DNA from: an uncultured Desulfarculus sp.
Lineage (GTDB): Bacteria > Desulfobacterota > Desulfarculia > Desulfarculales > Desulfarculaceae
Length of the DNA: 64,000 nucleotides
Direction of reading: 5' to 3'
NCBI GenBank assembly: GCA_963665125.2
Contig: CAXXUK010000001.1
Location: forward strand, 1,088,001-1,152,000
Below the pieces are notes generated by a model that saw nothing but the letters and a program-made list of their open reading frames with translations, searched no databases and was not told the origin of the DNA. A program made the position numbers and the translations under genes. This document shows, in pieces, positions 9,665 through 18,820 of this stretch. Within the stretch, counting starts at the first letter, position 1; each line of letters starts with the position of its first letter.

Positions 9665-10543
9665 ATGGATGAAAAAAAAGTATTGGTCATCGGTTCGGGG
9701 TTCATGGGCTCGGGCATCGCGCAGGTCTGCGCCCAGGCCGGCTGCCAAGTCAGCCTGACCGACGCATCGGCCGAGGCCAGAACCAAGGCCCTGGACATAA
9801 TCGCCGATTCCGTGGCCAAGCTGCATAAAAAAGGCCTGGTGGCTGATGACCCCCAAGAGGTCATGGGACGCATAACTCCATGTGACGACATGTCGCCGGC
9901 CAAGGACGCCGCCCTGGTGATCGAGGTGGTTCCGGAGATGCTCGACCTCAAGCTGGAGATTTTCGCCAAGCTGGACGAATTGGCCGATCCCGAGGCGATT
10001 CTGGCCAGCAATACTTCGTCCATACCCATCACCAGCCTGGCCGAGGCCACCAAACACCCGGAAAGGGTGGTGGGCCTGCACTTTTTCGGACCGGTACCGC
10101 TGATGCCCCTGGTGGAAGTGGTTCGCGGCGAAAAAACCAGCAAGGAAGTGATGGAAAAGGGCGTGGCGTTCTGCAAGTCAGTGGGCAAGACTCCTGTTCG
10201 AGTGCAAAAAGACATTCCCGGTTTTGTCATGAACCGCATCTTTGCCGCGGCCTTCAGCGAGGCCGTTAAGCTGGTGGACGACGGCGTGGTCACCCCCTGG
10301 GAGACCGACATCGGCATGAAGCTTGGTTACGGCTGGGGTGCAGGTCCCTTTGAGATCGCCGACAATGCCGGGCTGGACGTGCACATGCTGGTCAACGAGT
10401 TTTTCAAGTCCGTGGGCGAACAGCGCATCAAGGAACACAGCGACCTGGTGAGGCGCATGGTGGCCGAGGGCAAACTGGGCCGCAAGGTCGGCAAGGGCTT
10501 TTACGACTACGATGAAAAGGGCAAGCGGATCGTGCCAAAATAG
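9665..10543 (+). CDS. 3-hydroxyacyl-CoA (3-hydroxybutyryl-CoA) dehydrogenase
   Basis: GSGFMGSGIA, ASNTSSI, GLHFF, PGFVMNR, LGRKVGKGFY. Confidence 0.92.
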   Translation: MDEKKVLVIGSGFMGSGIAQVCAQAGCQVSLTDASAEARTKALDIIADSVAKLHKKGLVADDPQEVMGRITPCDDMSPAKDAALVIEVVPEMLDLKLEIFAKLDELADPEAILASNTSSIPITSLAEATKHPERVVGLHFFGPVPLMPLVEVVRGEKTSKEVMEKGVAFCKSVGKTPVRVQKDIPGFVMNRIFAAAFSEAVKLVDDGVVTPWETDIGMKLGYGWGAGPFEIADNAGLDVHMLVNEFFKSVGEQRIKEHSDLVRRMVAEGKLGRKVGKGFYDYDEKGKRIVPK

Positions 10544-10563
10544 GTGCGAGTCTCAGCAATTAG

Positions 10564-10600
10564 ATGGGCCCCGGCGCGGTTGTTGCCGGGGCCCATTTTA
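10564..10600. terminator. Intrinsic terminator between convergent genes
   Basis: ATGGGCCCCGGC / GCCGGGGCCCAT inverted repeat followed by TTT. Confidence 0.7.
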
Positions 10601-10602
10601 TA

Positions 10603-11349
10603 TTATTCGTGCAGCGTGTTCCACTGGCGGGCCAATTTGTCGGCCTCGGCAAGCTGGCGGGCGTCCAGAGCCTTGTCCATGATCCCCTTGGCCTTCACGG
10701 CCTTGGGGTAGCCTTGGGCGGCGCTTAGGGTGAACCACATCTGGGCCTGAATCAAGTCGGCGGGCATGCCCAGGCCCTTGGCGTACATGACCCCCATATT
10801 GTATTGGGATTTGGGTTCCTGCTGAAATGCGGCCATGAGAAACCATTTGGCCGCCAATTTGGGGCTCTTGTCTACTCCCTGGCCATTGAGATGGCAAACG
10901 CCGAGGCTGTACTGGGCGTCCTTGTCTCCTTGTTCCGCTGCCTTTTTATACCAATACACAGCCCTTGCCTGGTCTTTGGCCACGCCCACGCCTGACTCAT
11001 ACATGGTGGCCAGATTGTATTGGGCTTCGGCATCGCCCTGTTTGGCGGCCTTTTGGAACCAATGGGCCGCTTCTTCCGCGCTTTTCGGGGCCCCAAGGCC
11101 CTTGAGGTGCATCAGACCCAGATTGTATTGAGCCCGAGCGTCTCCATTTTGGGCGGCCTTTAAAAACAGGCTTGCCGCATGGCGGTACTGGCCCTGCTCA
11201 TAGACCTGCACTGCTTTGTCAAAGGTGGCGTCGGCCCAGGCTGCCGTACAGGGGAGCAAAAGGCATATCAAAACCAGCAGGGCTTTGAATTTTGCAGAGA
11301 CGGCCATATTCACGTCCACGTTTGGGGAATGTTGAATCATCCTGCGCAA
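10603..11349 (-). CDS. Secreted Sel1-repeat protein (start may be 11307)
   Basis: Repeated AQYNLG...G.G...A..W..KAA.QG units; signal peptide. Confidence 0.88.
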   Translation of the reverse strand: MRRMIQHSPNVDVNMAVSAKFKALLVLICLLLPCTAAWADATFDKAVQVYEQGQYRHAASLFLKAAQNGDARAQYNLGLMHLKGLGAPKSAEEAAHWFQKAAKQGDAEAQYNLATMYESGVGVAKDQARAVYWYKKAAEQGDKDAQYSLGVCHLNGQGVDKSPKLAAKWFLMAAFQQEPKSQYNMGVMYAKGLGMPADLIQAQMWFTLSAAQGYPKAVKAKGIMDKALDARQLAEADKLARQWNTLHE

Positions 11350-11505
11350 CCATAGCCGATGCCAAGGAAAAAAGCAAAACGGGCGGTTATCTTGTGACTT
11401 GCTACGGATAAAACTGGGTATGAATAGTGACTAATTATTGATGGAGGGTGCATTTTACCGAAAAACCATATTTAATATATTGTACAATGATTCACCAAAT
11501 ACCGT

Positions 11506-12828
11506 ATGACAATCAGGGCGCCGGGGACAATCATGATCGCTGAGCTGAAAGACATCCAAATCCCATTATCGTTTAGAGAGTACGTGGTGTTGCTGGCCAC
11601 CAACAAGGCGACCACCGACATCTACCGGGGCTTGATCAAACCCCTTGGAGTGGCCAAGGTGGTAGGAGTCCACACCGGCCAGCAAGTATTGGGAACGGCA
11701 AAGAAAATTTCCCCGGACATGGTGGTGGCCACCACTGATATTAGCGTTTTTTCCGGCCCTCAAATCCTCAGCGCCGCCCGCCAAGACCCGGATTTGGCGG
11801 ATACGCCGTTCCTCATAATAGGAGCAAAGGAAGACGACAAACCCGGCGGATTGGCGGAAAGTGTTCGCAGATTCGACAAGGCGGCGTTCGTGGGGTTGCC
11901 CGCGGACGGTAAGGAGTTTTATCAGGCAGTGGTTGACCTGATGACGCCGTTCATCAATCCCGGGCACGAAAAGGCCCTGGAACTAATGGACCGGGCGGAC
12001 ATCTCGGTAAAGAAAGACAATCTGAAAAAAGCGGCGGAATTGTATTCCCAGGCCCGCATGCTGGACCCGGAAAACCTGGGGGCGGCGCTCAGCTTGGCCG
12101 CCGTGTATTCAGTCATGGAAAAATATGACGAAGCGGAAGACGCCTATCTGAACGCCTTGGAATTGGATCAATATTCCCTGGTGGCGTATTTCGGGCTGGC
12201 CGAGTTGTATGAGTGCCGGGGCGACTACGAGCACACCATCAGCGTACTTACCCAGGCGCTGGGTTTGGCTCAAATGCTCAAGGCCTCGAAAAAATCCATA
12301 TCCCGGATCAATTTTTTCATCGGTGAATTTGAACTGCGCCTCAAGCGGCTACGTAAGGCCTCGAAATCATTTAATACGGCGATCGACCTTAACCCCGACG
12401 ATGCGGTTCTGAGGTCGGACATCGGCGATTCTTATATGGAAAAGGGCCATTTGCAGGAATGCGAGGAGCACTATCAAGCATCACTGATGATCGATCCGAA
12501 CCAGGCCCATATCTTTAACCGTCTGGGGATCGCCTACCGCAAACAGAGCAAATATGACAAGGCCCTGAAACTCTACGACCAAGCTAGGACATATCACCCC
12601 GATGACGAGCATCTGCTTTTCAACGCCGCCAGGGCCCACATGGAGGCAAATCGTAACCTGGAGGCGGCGGCTTTGCTGGAGCAGGCCATTGAGATGGCGC
12701 CCAAATTCATGGCTGCAAGGCATCTATTAAAAATGGTGGAGGAGGGTCAAACCTGGACCAAGTCGGACGTGGAGCAATTGCGGGAGGCTGATTCAGTAAA
12801 CCTTTGGCGACGTGATTTGCAGGTCTGA
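11506..12828 (+). CDS. Receiver-like domain plus TPR repeat protein
   Basis: N-terminal REC-like fold with degenerate phosphoacceptor region; multiple TPRs such as FNRLGIAYRKQ. Confidence 0.75.
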   Translation: MTIRAPGTIMIAELKDIQIPLSFREYVVLLATNKATTDIYRGLIKPLGVAKVVGVHTGQQVLGTAKKISPDMVVATTDISVFSGPQILSAARQDPDLADTPFLIIGAKEDDKPGGLAESVRRFDKAAFVGLPADGKEFYQAVVDLMTPFINPGHEKALELMDRADISVKKDNLKKAAELYSQARMLDPENLGAALSLAAVYSVMEKYDEAEDAYLNALELDQYSLVAYFGLAELYECRGDYEHTISVLTQALGLAQMLKASKKSISRINFFIGEFELRLKRLRKASKSFNTAIDLNPDDAVLRSDIGDSYMEKGHLQECEEHYQASLMIDPNQAHIFNRLGIAYRKQSKYDKALKLYDQARTYHPDDEHLLFNAARAHMEANRNLEAAALLEQAIEMAPKFMAARHLLKMVEEGQTWTKSDVEQLREADSVNLWRRDLQV

Positions 12829-12866
12829 CGTTGGCCGGATGACGTGTGTGGCCGAGGCGCCTATTA

Positions 12867-14162
12867 TCATTTTTTCTTGAATATTTCCGGATATAGCTGG
12901 TGTTGACACTCCGGGCAGATGCCATGGGTGAATTCCACGTCTGCATGGGATTTGATATATTCCTCAACTTGCAGCCAGTACCCTTTGTCGTCCCTTATTT
13001 TTTTGCAGTTGGCGCAAATAGGCAGCAATCCTCCAAGTGTTTTTACCTCTTGCAGTGCCTTTTTTAGGTCTACAATGACTGCGTCTTTATCTTGTTCCGC
13101 TTTTTTTCGGGCAAGCAATTCTTTGTGCAGGGCATCGGTCTTCGCTTCTATTTCGGCCTGAAGTTCGCTGTGTTTGAGAAGGATGCGCTCAGCCAGTGGG
13201 CGAAGGGCGATCCAATAGGCCAGCAGGCATATCGCATAGAGCGCAATGACCAGGGGCAACAGCTTGATCAACTCATAAAAGATCGGAACAACGAGTTGTT
13301 CCCGGTCCAGCCAGGAAACGACTTTCCAATTGGAGCCTTTCACCGGAGCCGACACGCAAAAATGATTATCCAGATGGGACGCGCCTACTGAATCCATACG
13401 GGAGGCTAATTCTTCATTTGCTAGGCATTTATTAATCAAATCATTGGATATCGGCTTTGACCCCTGCATCGATTTAAAGACAACGTTGTGTTCTTTAACG
13501 GAGATCAGCAGGAAACCCCAGATGTTATGTAAAGAAGCTGTGGACATGCCAGGCTTAAGGGCATAAGCCAATCTTTTTGTTGATAATACGACGATGTCCG
13601 CACCCACCGCCTCGTCCTTTCTATTGATGATCGGCGCGCGGACCCAGAAAAAAACAGTGTCGTCGTATTTGAACAAGTACCCGTTTGTCAGGTCATTATT
13701 TAGTGGGATAGAGACATTTAATGATGCCTGAGGTGGCGGCAGCCCAAGACTGGTTATCACTGTCCCCTTTGCATCCAGGCGCGTGATTCCTTCGACTTCA
13801 CTTGAGGATCTGATGGCATCGCTGAGCTTTGGGCGAGTGAATTCAACAAGTTGCGCCAGGTGTATTTCACCATGGTTGTATTTTTCCAACTCCTGTCTGA
13901 TTCTGCTGCGGCTGGTGATTTGTCGGGCCACATCCTCGGCGCGAACGAGCCATTGCGAAACAGCCTCGGCTTTGCTGATGACACCGGTGGCAAACTCATT
14001 CTCGATGTCTTCGATCATATGTTGGTAGATAATGACGGAAACGCCAAAGACAACGACAATGCCGAAAAGTATCAGCACAACGCTCTGCAACAAGAATAGT
14101 TTTCTACGAAGGATTTTGGTGTATTTCAAATGGATTAACCCTGTTGACTCTTTGTTGCTCAA
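12867..14162 (-). CDS. Membrane sensor (TM, Cache-like periplasmic region, TM, coiled coil) with C-terminal CxxC...HGxCxxC domain
   Basis: Two hydrophobic segments; C-terminal LLPICANCKKIRDDKGYW...FTHGICPEC. Confidence 0.75.
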   Translation of the reverse strand: MSNKESTGLIHLKYTKILRRKLFLLQSVVLILFGIVVVFGVSVIIYQHMIEDIENEFATGVISKAEAVSQWLVRAEDVARQITSRSRIRQELEKYNHGEIHLAQLVEFTRPKLSDAIRSSSEVEGITRLDAKGTVITSLGLPPPQASLNVSIPLNNDLTNGYLFKYDDTVFFWVRAPIINRKDEAVGADIVVLSTKRLAYALKPGMSTASLHNIWGFLLISVKEHNVVFKSMQGSKPISNDLINKCLANEELASRMDSVGASHLDNHFCVSAPVKGSNWKVVSWLDREQLVVPIFYELIKLLPLVIALYAICLLAYWIALRPLAERILLKHSELQAEIEAKTDALHKELLARKKAEQDKDAVIVDLKKALQEVKTLGGLLPICANCKKIRDDKGYWLQVEEYIKSHADVEFTHGICPECQHQLYPEIFKKK

Positions 14163-14757
14163 CTTCCTTCAATATATTGTACACAGTATTTATAAACAAA
14201 TAAACAGCCAGCCATAAATACTCGTAAACCCACAAGTCAAAGAAATAAAGTCAAGCTTCTGCGCCTGTATGAAAAAAAGTGCGTGACTACATTTTTTCCT
14301 TTGCGCCAATGCCGGTCACATGGTCCTGAACGGAAAAAAGCGCCCCGTGGTGGTGTCAATCCCGGAAATTTGTGTGTTGTTAAGCTGTTGCGCGGCGAGG
14401 TGATTGCCCAATACTGGTTCGTCCTGGCGCGGCAGCGGCCAAAACCCGGCCCTTATATATAATGGATAGCCCTCCTTTTACGGGTTTAATCTCCGTGACT
14501 TGTTGGCCCTTTGCGGCGCATCCTGAAAAAGACTCGATTTCCCTGCCTGTCTATCCCCGTACGCTCCGTGAAGGACCTTCATCATAGCCCCCATCCCACA
14601 AAGTTGCTATGCGTAAAACATGGTTTAATTTAATAGAGACTTTTTGCTTGTACGTTTTTTAAAATGAATCTTCTTTTTATGTTGATTTTACTGGTGTACG
14701 GGATTAATTTTACGGATAATATTGAAATTTAAATTGACTCTAGCCAAAGGAGAATGC

Positions 14758-16266
14758 ATGCGGACCAAAGCCGAATACATCCAGGGCCTGGCCAAGATGA
14801 AACGCAATATTTATTTCAATGGCCAACTCATCGACCGTACCGATGAACTCCAGCAACGATGCCTGGATACCATCGGCACCACATACGACGAAGCCGCCAA
14901 ACCGGAGAACCAGGATCTACTCACCGCAATCTCGCATCTCACCGGCGAACGCATCAACCGTTTCAACCACATCCACCAGAATGCGGATGACCTGCACAAG
15001 AAACAGGACATGACCCGTTTCCTGTGCCAGAAGGTGGGCGGCTGCATCCAGCGCTGCATGGGCATCGACGCCACCAACGCAGTGTACAACGTGTCCTACG
15101 AAGCCGACAAAGTGAACAAGGGCGCCACCCAATACCACGAAAACTTCAAAAAATGGCTGGCCCGCTTCCAGACCGAGGACCTGGTCGGCTGCTGCGCCCA
15201 GACCGACGTCAAGGGCGACCGCATGAAGCGCCCGGCCGACCAGCCCATCCCCGGCTCGTACGTGCATATCAAGGAATACAAGAGCGACGGCATCGTGGTG
15301 GAAGGCTGCAAGGTGCACATCTCCGAAGCTTCGGTGGCCGACGAGGTGCTGGTGGTGCCCACCCGCGCCATGCGTCCCGAGGATAAAGATTACGCAGTGG
15401 CCTTCGCCGTACCCGCAGACTGGGAAGGCCTGACCCAGGTGGTGACCATCCACAACCTGCGCCCCCGCGAGATCTACAAGCGCGGCTTCATGCAGGGCAG
15501 CACCGACTCCTACATGATCTTCGATAACTGCTTCGTGCCGTGGGAACGCGTGTTCCTGGCCGGCGAACATGTACACGGCGGCGTTTGCGCCCTGTTGTTC
15601 GCCCTGTTCCACCGTCACTCCTACTCTGGCTGCAAGCCCGCAATCGGTGACGTTATCCTGGGCACGGCCGCCCTGGCCGCCGAGGTCAACAACATCCACA
15701 AGGAATCCCACGTCCGCGAGAAGTTGGCGGACATCATTATGACCACCGAGTTGGGCTACGCCGCTGGTTACACGGCCTCCGACCTGGGCCGCCCGGAAGT
15801 GTACGTCCCCGGCGTGGGCTTCCGGCCCTACGGCCCCGGCTCCTACATCCCGCATTCCATCTACTGCAACGTGGGCCGCTGCCTCACCGGCGAGGCCGTG
15901 TGGCACGAGGCCGAGCTGCTTTGCGATCTGGCCGGCGGCGTGGTGGCCACCTTCCCGCATGAAAAAGACTTCGCCAATGACAAGGTCGGCGAACTGCTGC
16001 TGAAATACACCACGCGCAACCCCGACATGCCCGTGGAGGACCAGGCCCAGTTCTGGCGCTACCTGGGCGACGTGCTGTGCTCGGCCAACGGCGGCATCAC
16101 CAACGTGGGCAACTACCATGGCGGCGGCTCGCCGATCATGGAACAGATCGCCATCACCACCCAGTACGACATTCAGGCCCGCAAGGAACTGGTGAAGTAC
16201 CTGGCGGGCATGGGCGGCGGAAATCGCGAAGCCCTGGATTACCTGTTCAAGGATGTAAAAAAGTAA
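14758..16266 (+). CDS. 4-hydroxybutyryl-CoA dehydratase family protein (AbfD/HpaB fold, FAD and 4Fe-4S)
   Basis: GGCIQRCMG and FHRHSYSGCK Fe-S ligand motifs; QTDVKGDR; HGGGSP; RBS AAGGAGA before ATG 14758. Confidence 0.82.
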   Translation: MRTKAEYIQGLAKMKRNIYFNGQLIDRTDELQQRCLDTIGTTYDEAAKPENQDLLTAISHLTGERINRFNHIHQNADDLHKKQDMTRFLCQKVGGCIQRCMGIDATNAVYNVSYEADKVNKGATQYHENFKKWLARFQTEDLVGCCAQTDVKGDRMKRPADQPIPGSYVHIKEYKSDGIVVEGCKVHISEASVADEVLVVPTRAMRPEDKDYAVAFAVPADWEGLTQVVTIHNLRPREIYKRGFMQGSTDSYMIFDNCFVPWERVFLAGEHVHGGVCALLFALFHRHSYSGCKPAIGDVILGTAALAAEVNNIHKESHVREKLADIIMTTELGYAAGYTASDLGRPEVYVPGVGFRPYGPGSYIPHSIYCNVGRCLTGEAVWHEAELLCDLAGGVVATFPHEKDFANDKVGELLLKYTTRNPDMPVEDQAQFWRYLGDVLCSANGGITNVGNYHGGGSPIMEQIAITTQYDIQARKELVKYLAGMGGGNREALDYLFKDVKK

Positions 16267-16326
16267 CGACCGCTGAATAAACATGTGGTTCGTCGGCCAA
16301 AGGCCGACCTGCTGCAGAAGCAGTCT

Positions 16327-16370
16327 TTCGCCGCCGGGCCTACTCTTGGATGCCCGGCGGCGAACTTTTT
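16327..16370 (+). terminator. Intrinsic terminator
   Basis: TTCGCCGCCGGGC / GCCCGGCGGCGAA followed by CTTTTT. Confidence 0.75.
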
Positions 16371-16577
16371 CGGCCACGGCTCAGGATGCGTGAAGCCAGA
16401 GCAGTTTTGTCTTACGGGGTGCGCGGACGGGTAGGGCGGGGCACAAAGGCTAGCCCGCGCCCTAATATGGTGTGCGCAGTCTTGGTATTCGCGTAATCAG
16501 ACAGTCTTTGATGTCAAACTTTCGCAGCATGGCGGTGCTTGTCCTGAAGGCCTGCGACTCCACTAACGTTCTAAAAC

Positions 16578-17843
16578 TTATTCAAATACATCGTCCAGCC
16601 AATCAAACAGCACTTGTCCGATCAAGGCCCGGTTTTCCATTACGCAGTGGTTGCTCGCCCCTTCCTCGGTGGGTGTAACCACCATTTTTTTCTTGTTATT
16701 GGGGAAATTGTCAAAGGCGGCCTGCTGTTGCTTCTGGACTTCTTCACTTTGGTATTCGCCTTGGCCGACGATGATCAAGGCCGGCACAGATATCTTCGCC
16801 GGATCAAAGGTGTTGCCCTTGTTCGCCTCGATCAACGCAGAGGGCTGATCCACGCCGTATCGCCAGCAGATGACCTCGACAATATTGCGGTGAAAGGAGG
16901 TCCATGATTTCATTTCTTCTTCCGACGCCACGGCGGCCGGCATTGTGCCAAAAAGGCGGTGCGCGTCAACCACCGCGGAATTCATGGCGATGGCTTTGAT
17001 GCGCTGGTCGTGCTCCGCGGCCTGGGGAACGAACAGCCCGCCGCCGCTTATGCCGTATACGGCCAGTTGACTTGGCTCAACGCCCGGCTGTTTGAGGGCA
17101 TAGTCCACAACCAGCTTCATGGGTGCATAGGTGTCGGTTCGGAAGGTCTTGCCGTCAAAAGGCATAAGGCCTTGGCCGGGCAGGTCTACCGTGATGAAAT
17201 TGTAGCCGCGTTCAAATGCCTGGGGGGCGATGTAAAAATAGAGGTCTTCCATGAAGGTTTCGCCGCCGCCGATCATGATCAGGGTCTTGGACAGCTTGCC
17301 GCCGGTGTCCGCGGCCCGGAAATAGCCGGGGATCACAGTGCCTTCAAACGGAATTTCAAAGTATTTCAATGGAGGATCAAAGAGGTTCCCAGCTTTTTTC
17401 ATCAGCTCGCGGCACTTTAATCCGCGCTTCAGCATTTCGGGATTGTCGGGCAACATGGCAAGAGTGGACAGACGATAGTAGTATGCGGCCCGCAAGAGCT
17501 GCTTTCTGGCGCTGACAAGGTGTCCTGCCGCCAGAGACTTTTCACCACGGGACTCGACGCGCTCGGCCAACCCGTACCAGGCGTCTTGCCAAGATTTCGC
17601 GTCGCCATCCTTGATTTGGGACGCCGCGTAGAATGCTTCGCCAATGGCCAGGCCCTGGTTTACGGCCGCTCCCAGGGCGAGGTTGCCGAAATGGAAATCC
17701 ATGTCCCCGTCTTTGAAAAAATAGCTGAAACTCGTGGCATGGGCGTCAAATGCGGGCTCGTTTTGCGCTGCAATGCTTGATCCGCAGTTTAGGCTGATTA
17801 TGGCAATAGACAGGGCGGCGACTACAGCTCTGCATCTGGACAT
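16578..17843 (-). CDS. Secreted alpha/beta hydrolase (FrsA/S9-like)
   Basis: Signal peptide, DLPGQG, GISGGG nucleophile elbow, C-terminal NHC. Confidence 0.82.
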   Translation of the reverse strand: MSRCRAVVAALSIAIISLNCGSSIAAQNEPAFDAHATSFSYFFKDGDMDFHFGNLALGAAVNQGLAIGEAFYAASQIKDGDAKSWQDAWYGLAERVESRGEKSLAAGHLVSARKQLLRAAYYYRLSTLAMLPDNPEMLKRGLKCRELMKKAGNLFDPPLKYFEIPFEGTVIPGYFRAADTGGKLSKTLIMIGGGETFMEDLYFYIAPQAFERGYNFITVDLPGQGLMPFDGKTFRTDTYAPMKLVVDYALKQPGVEPSQLAVYGISGGGLFVPQAAEHDQRIKAIAMNSAVVDAHRLFGTMPAAVASEEEMKSWTSFHRNIVEVICWRYGVDQPSALIEANKGNTFDPAKISVPALIIVGQGEYQSEEVQKQQQAAFDNFPNNKKKMVVTPTEEGASNHCVMENRALIGQVLFDWLDDVFE

Positions 17844-18050
17844 CGGGCTCTCTCCGGATAGTTGAAGACATATATTAATGATTCACGCATGAACCGGTTG
17901 GGGTTACAGTCGAAGGCAATTCATGATAATGGCCTTTCGCCGCCTATTATGGCGAATCTCAGTGATATGACAAACAACAACGCCTTTAGGTTTTACCGGA
18001 AAAGCATGGGTTTGTTCGAGGGGCGACTCAGGCTATTAAACTGGAAAGAG

Positions 18051-18539
18051 CTACTGATGGTTGTCCTTTTGCTCAATTTTTAAATCCGGGTACAACCGTG
18101 TTATGCACTCCGGGCACAAGCCGTGGCTGAAATCCGCTTGAGAGTGGTCGCGCACATACACCTCCACCTGTTGCCAGTCTCCTTTTTCATCCCTGATTTT
18201 CTTGCAATTCGCGCAAATGGGAATAATCCCCCTCAACTGTTTGATTTCAGCCATGGCCCCTTGCAATTTGTCGTTGGCTTCGACCAGAGCGGCATGGCGT
18301 GATTTGGCCTTTCTGAACAACACGTAGCTTACCACGGCCAACATTAATATCCAAAAAATACAAACCGCAAATATTTCGTCTAGTTCCCAGTTTTCATGAG
18401 TTCTGGAAAAGCTTACGAACCATTCCAAAAAGTCGAACTGCCCGGCAATGATGAAAACCACCACGCTAAGCAGACCTAAGAAACCGAGCACCAACAACAA
18501 TCGCTGTTTGTTATATAGATCGTTCGTTTCCTGACGCAT
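18051..18539 (-). CDS. Small 2-TM protein with C-terminal CxxC...HGxCxxC domain
   Basis: HENWELDE between the TMs; IIPICANCKKIRDEKGDW...FSHGLCPEC; GAGGA RBS before ATG 18539. Confidence 0.78.
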   Translation of the reverse strand: MRQETNDLYNKQRLLLVLGFLGLLSVVVFIIAGQFDFLEWFVSFSRTHENWELDEIFAVCIFWILMLAVVSYVLFRKAKSRHAALVEANDKLQGAMAEIKQLRGIIPICANCKKIRDEKGDWQQVEVYVRDHSQADFSHGLCPECITRLYPDLKIEQKDNHQ

Positions 18540-18820
18540 GGGCTGTCCTCGTGCAGTACATTCCATAGATTATATGTTGGTTGCCGCATAACAAATCAAA
18601 CAAGCCGCAACAAAAACGCAAAATTACGCGGTGAGTAACTGCGAACACCCGTTACGCTACGGATGATTAAAACCGTTAACCATATTATATCGATAAGTTA
18701 TATGGCGATTGGAAATATTTTTTGCGACATACCCTTACCTAATCATGCTAAAAACCCAATAAGTGAATTTGTTCTGCGGCCCTGCGTTTTCAGGCCGTAT
18801 CGACGTAGAGGAGATTGCTG

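Noticed and set aside
12734..12742. TGGTGGAGG as the island's second att site
   Set aside because: Only about 9 bp match to the ssrA 3' end, inside an intact coding sequence; likely chance.
18560..18710. Second dif-like site (GCCGCATAA, ATAAGTTATATGG)
   Set aside because: Lacks a correctly spaced TTATGT XerD arm.
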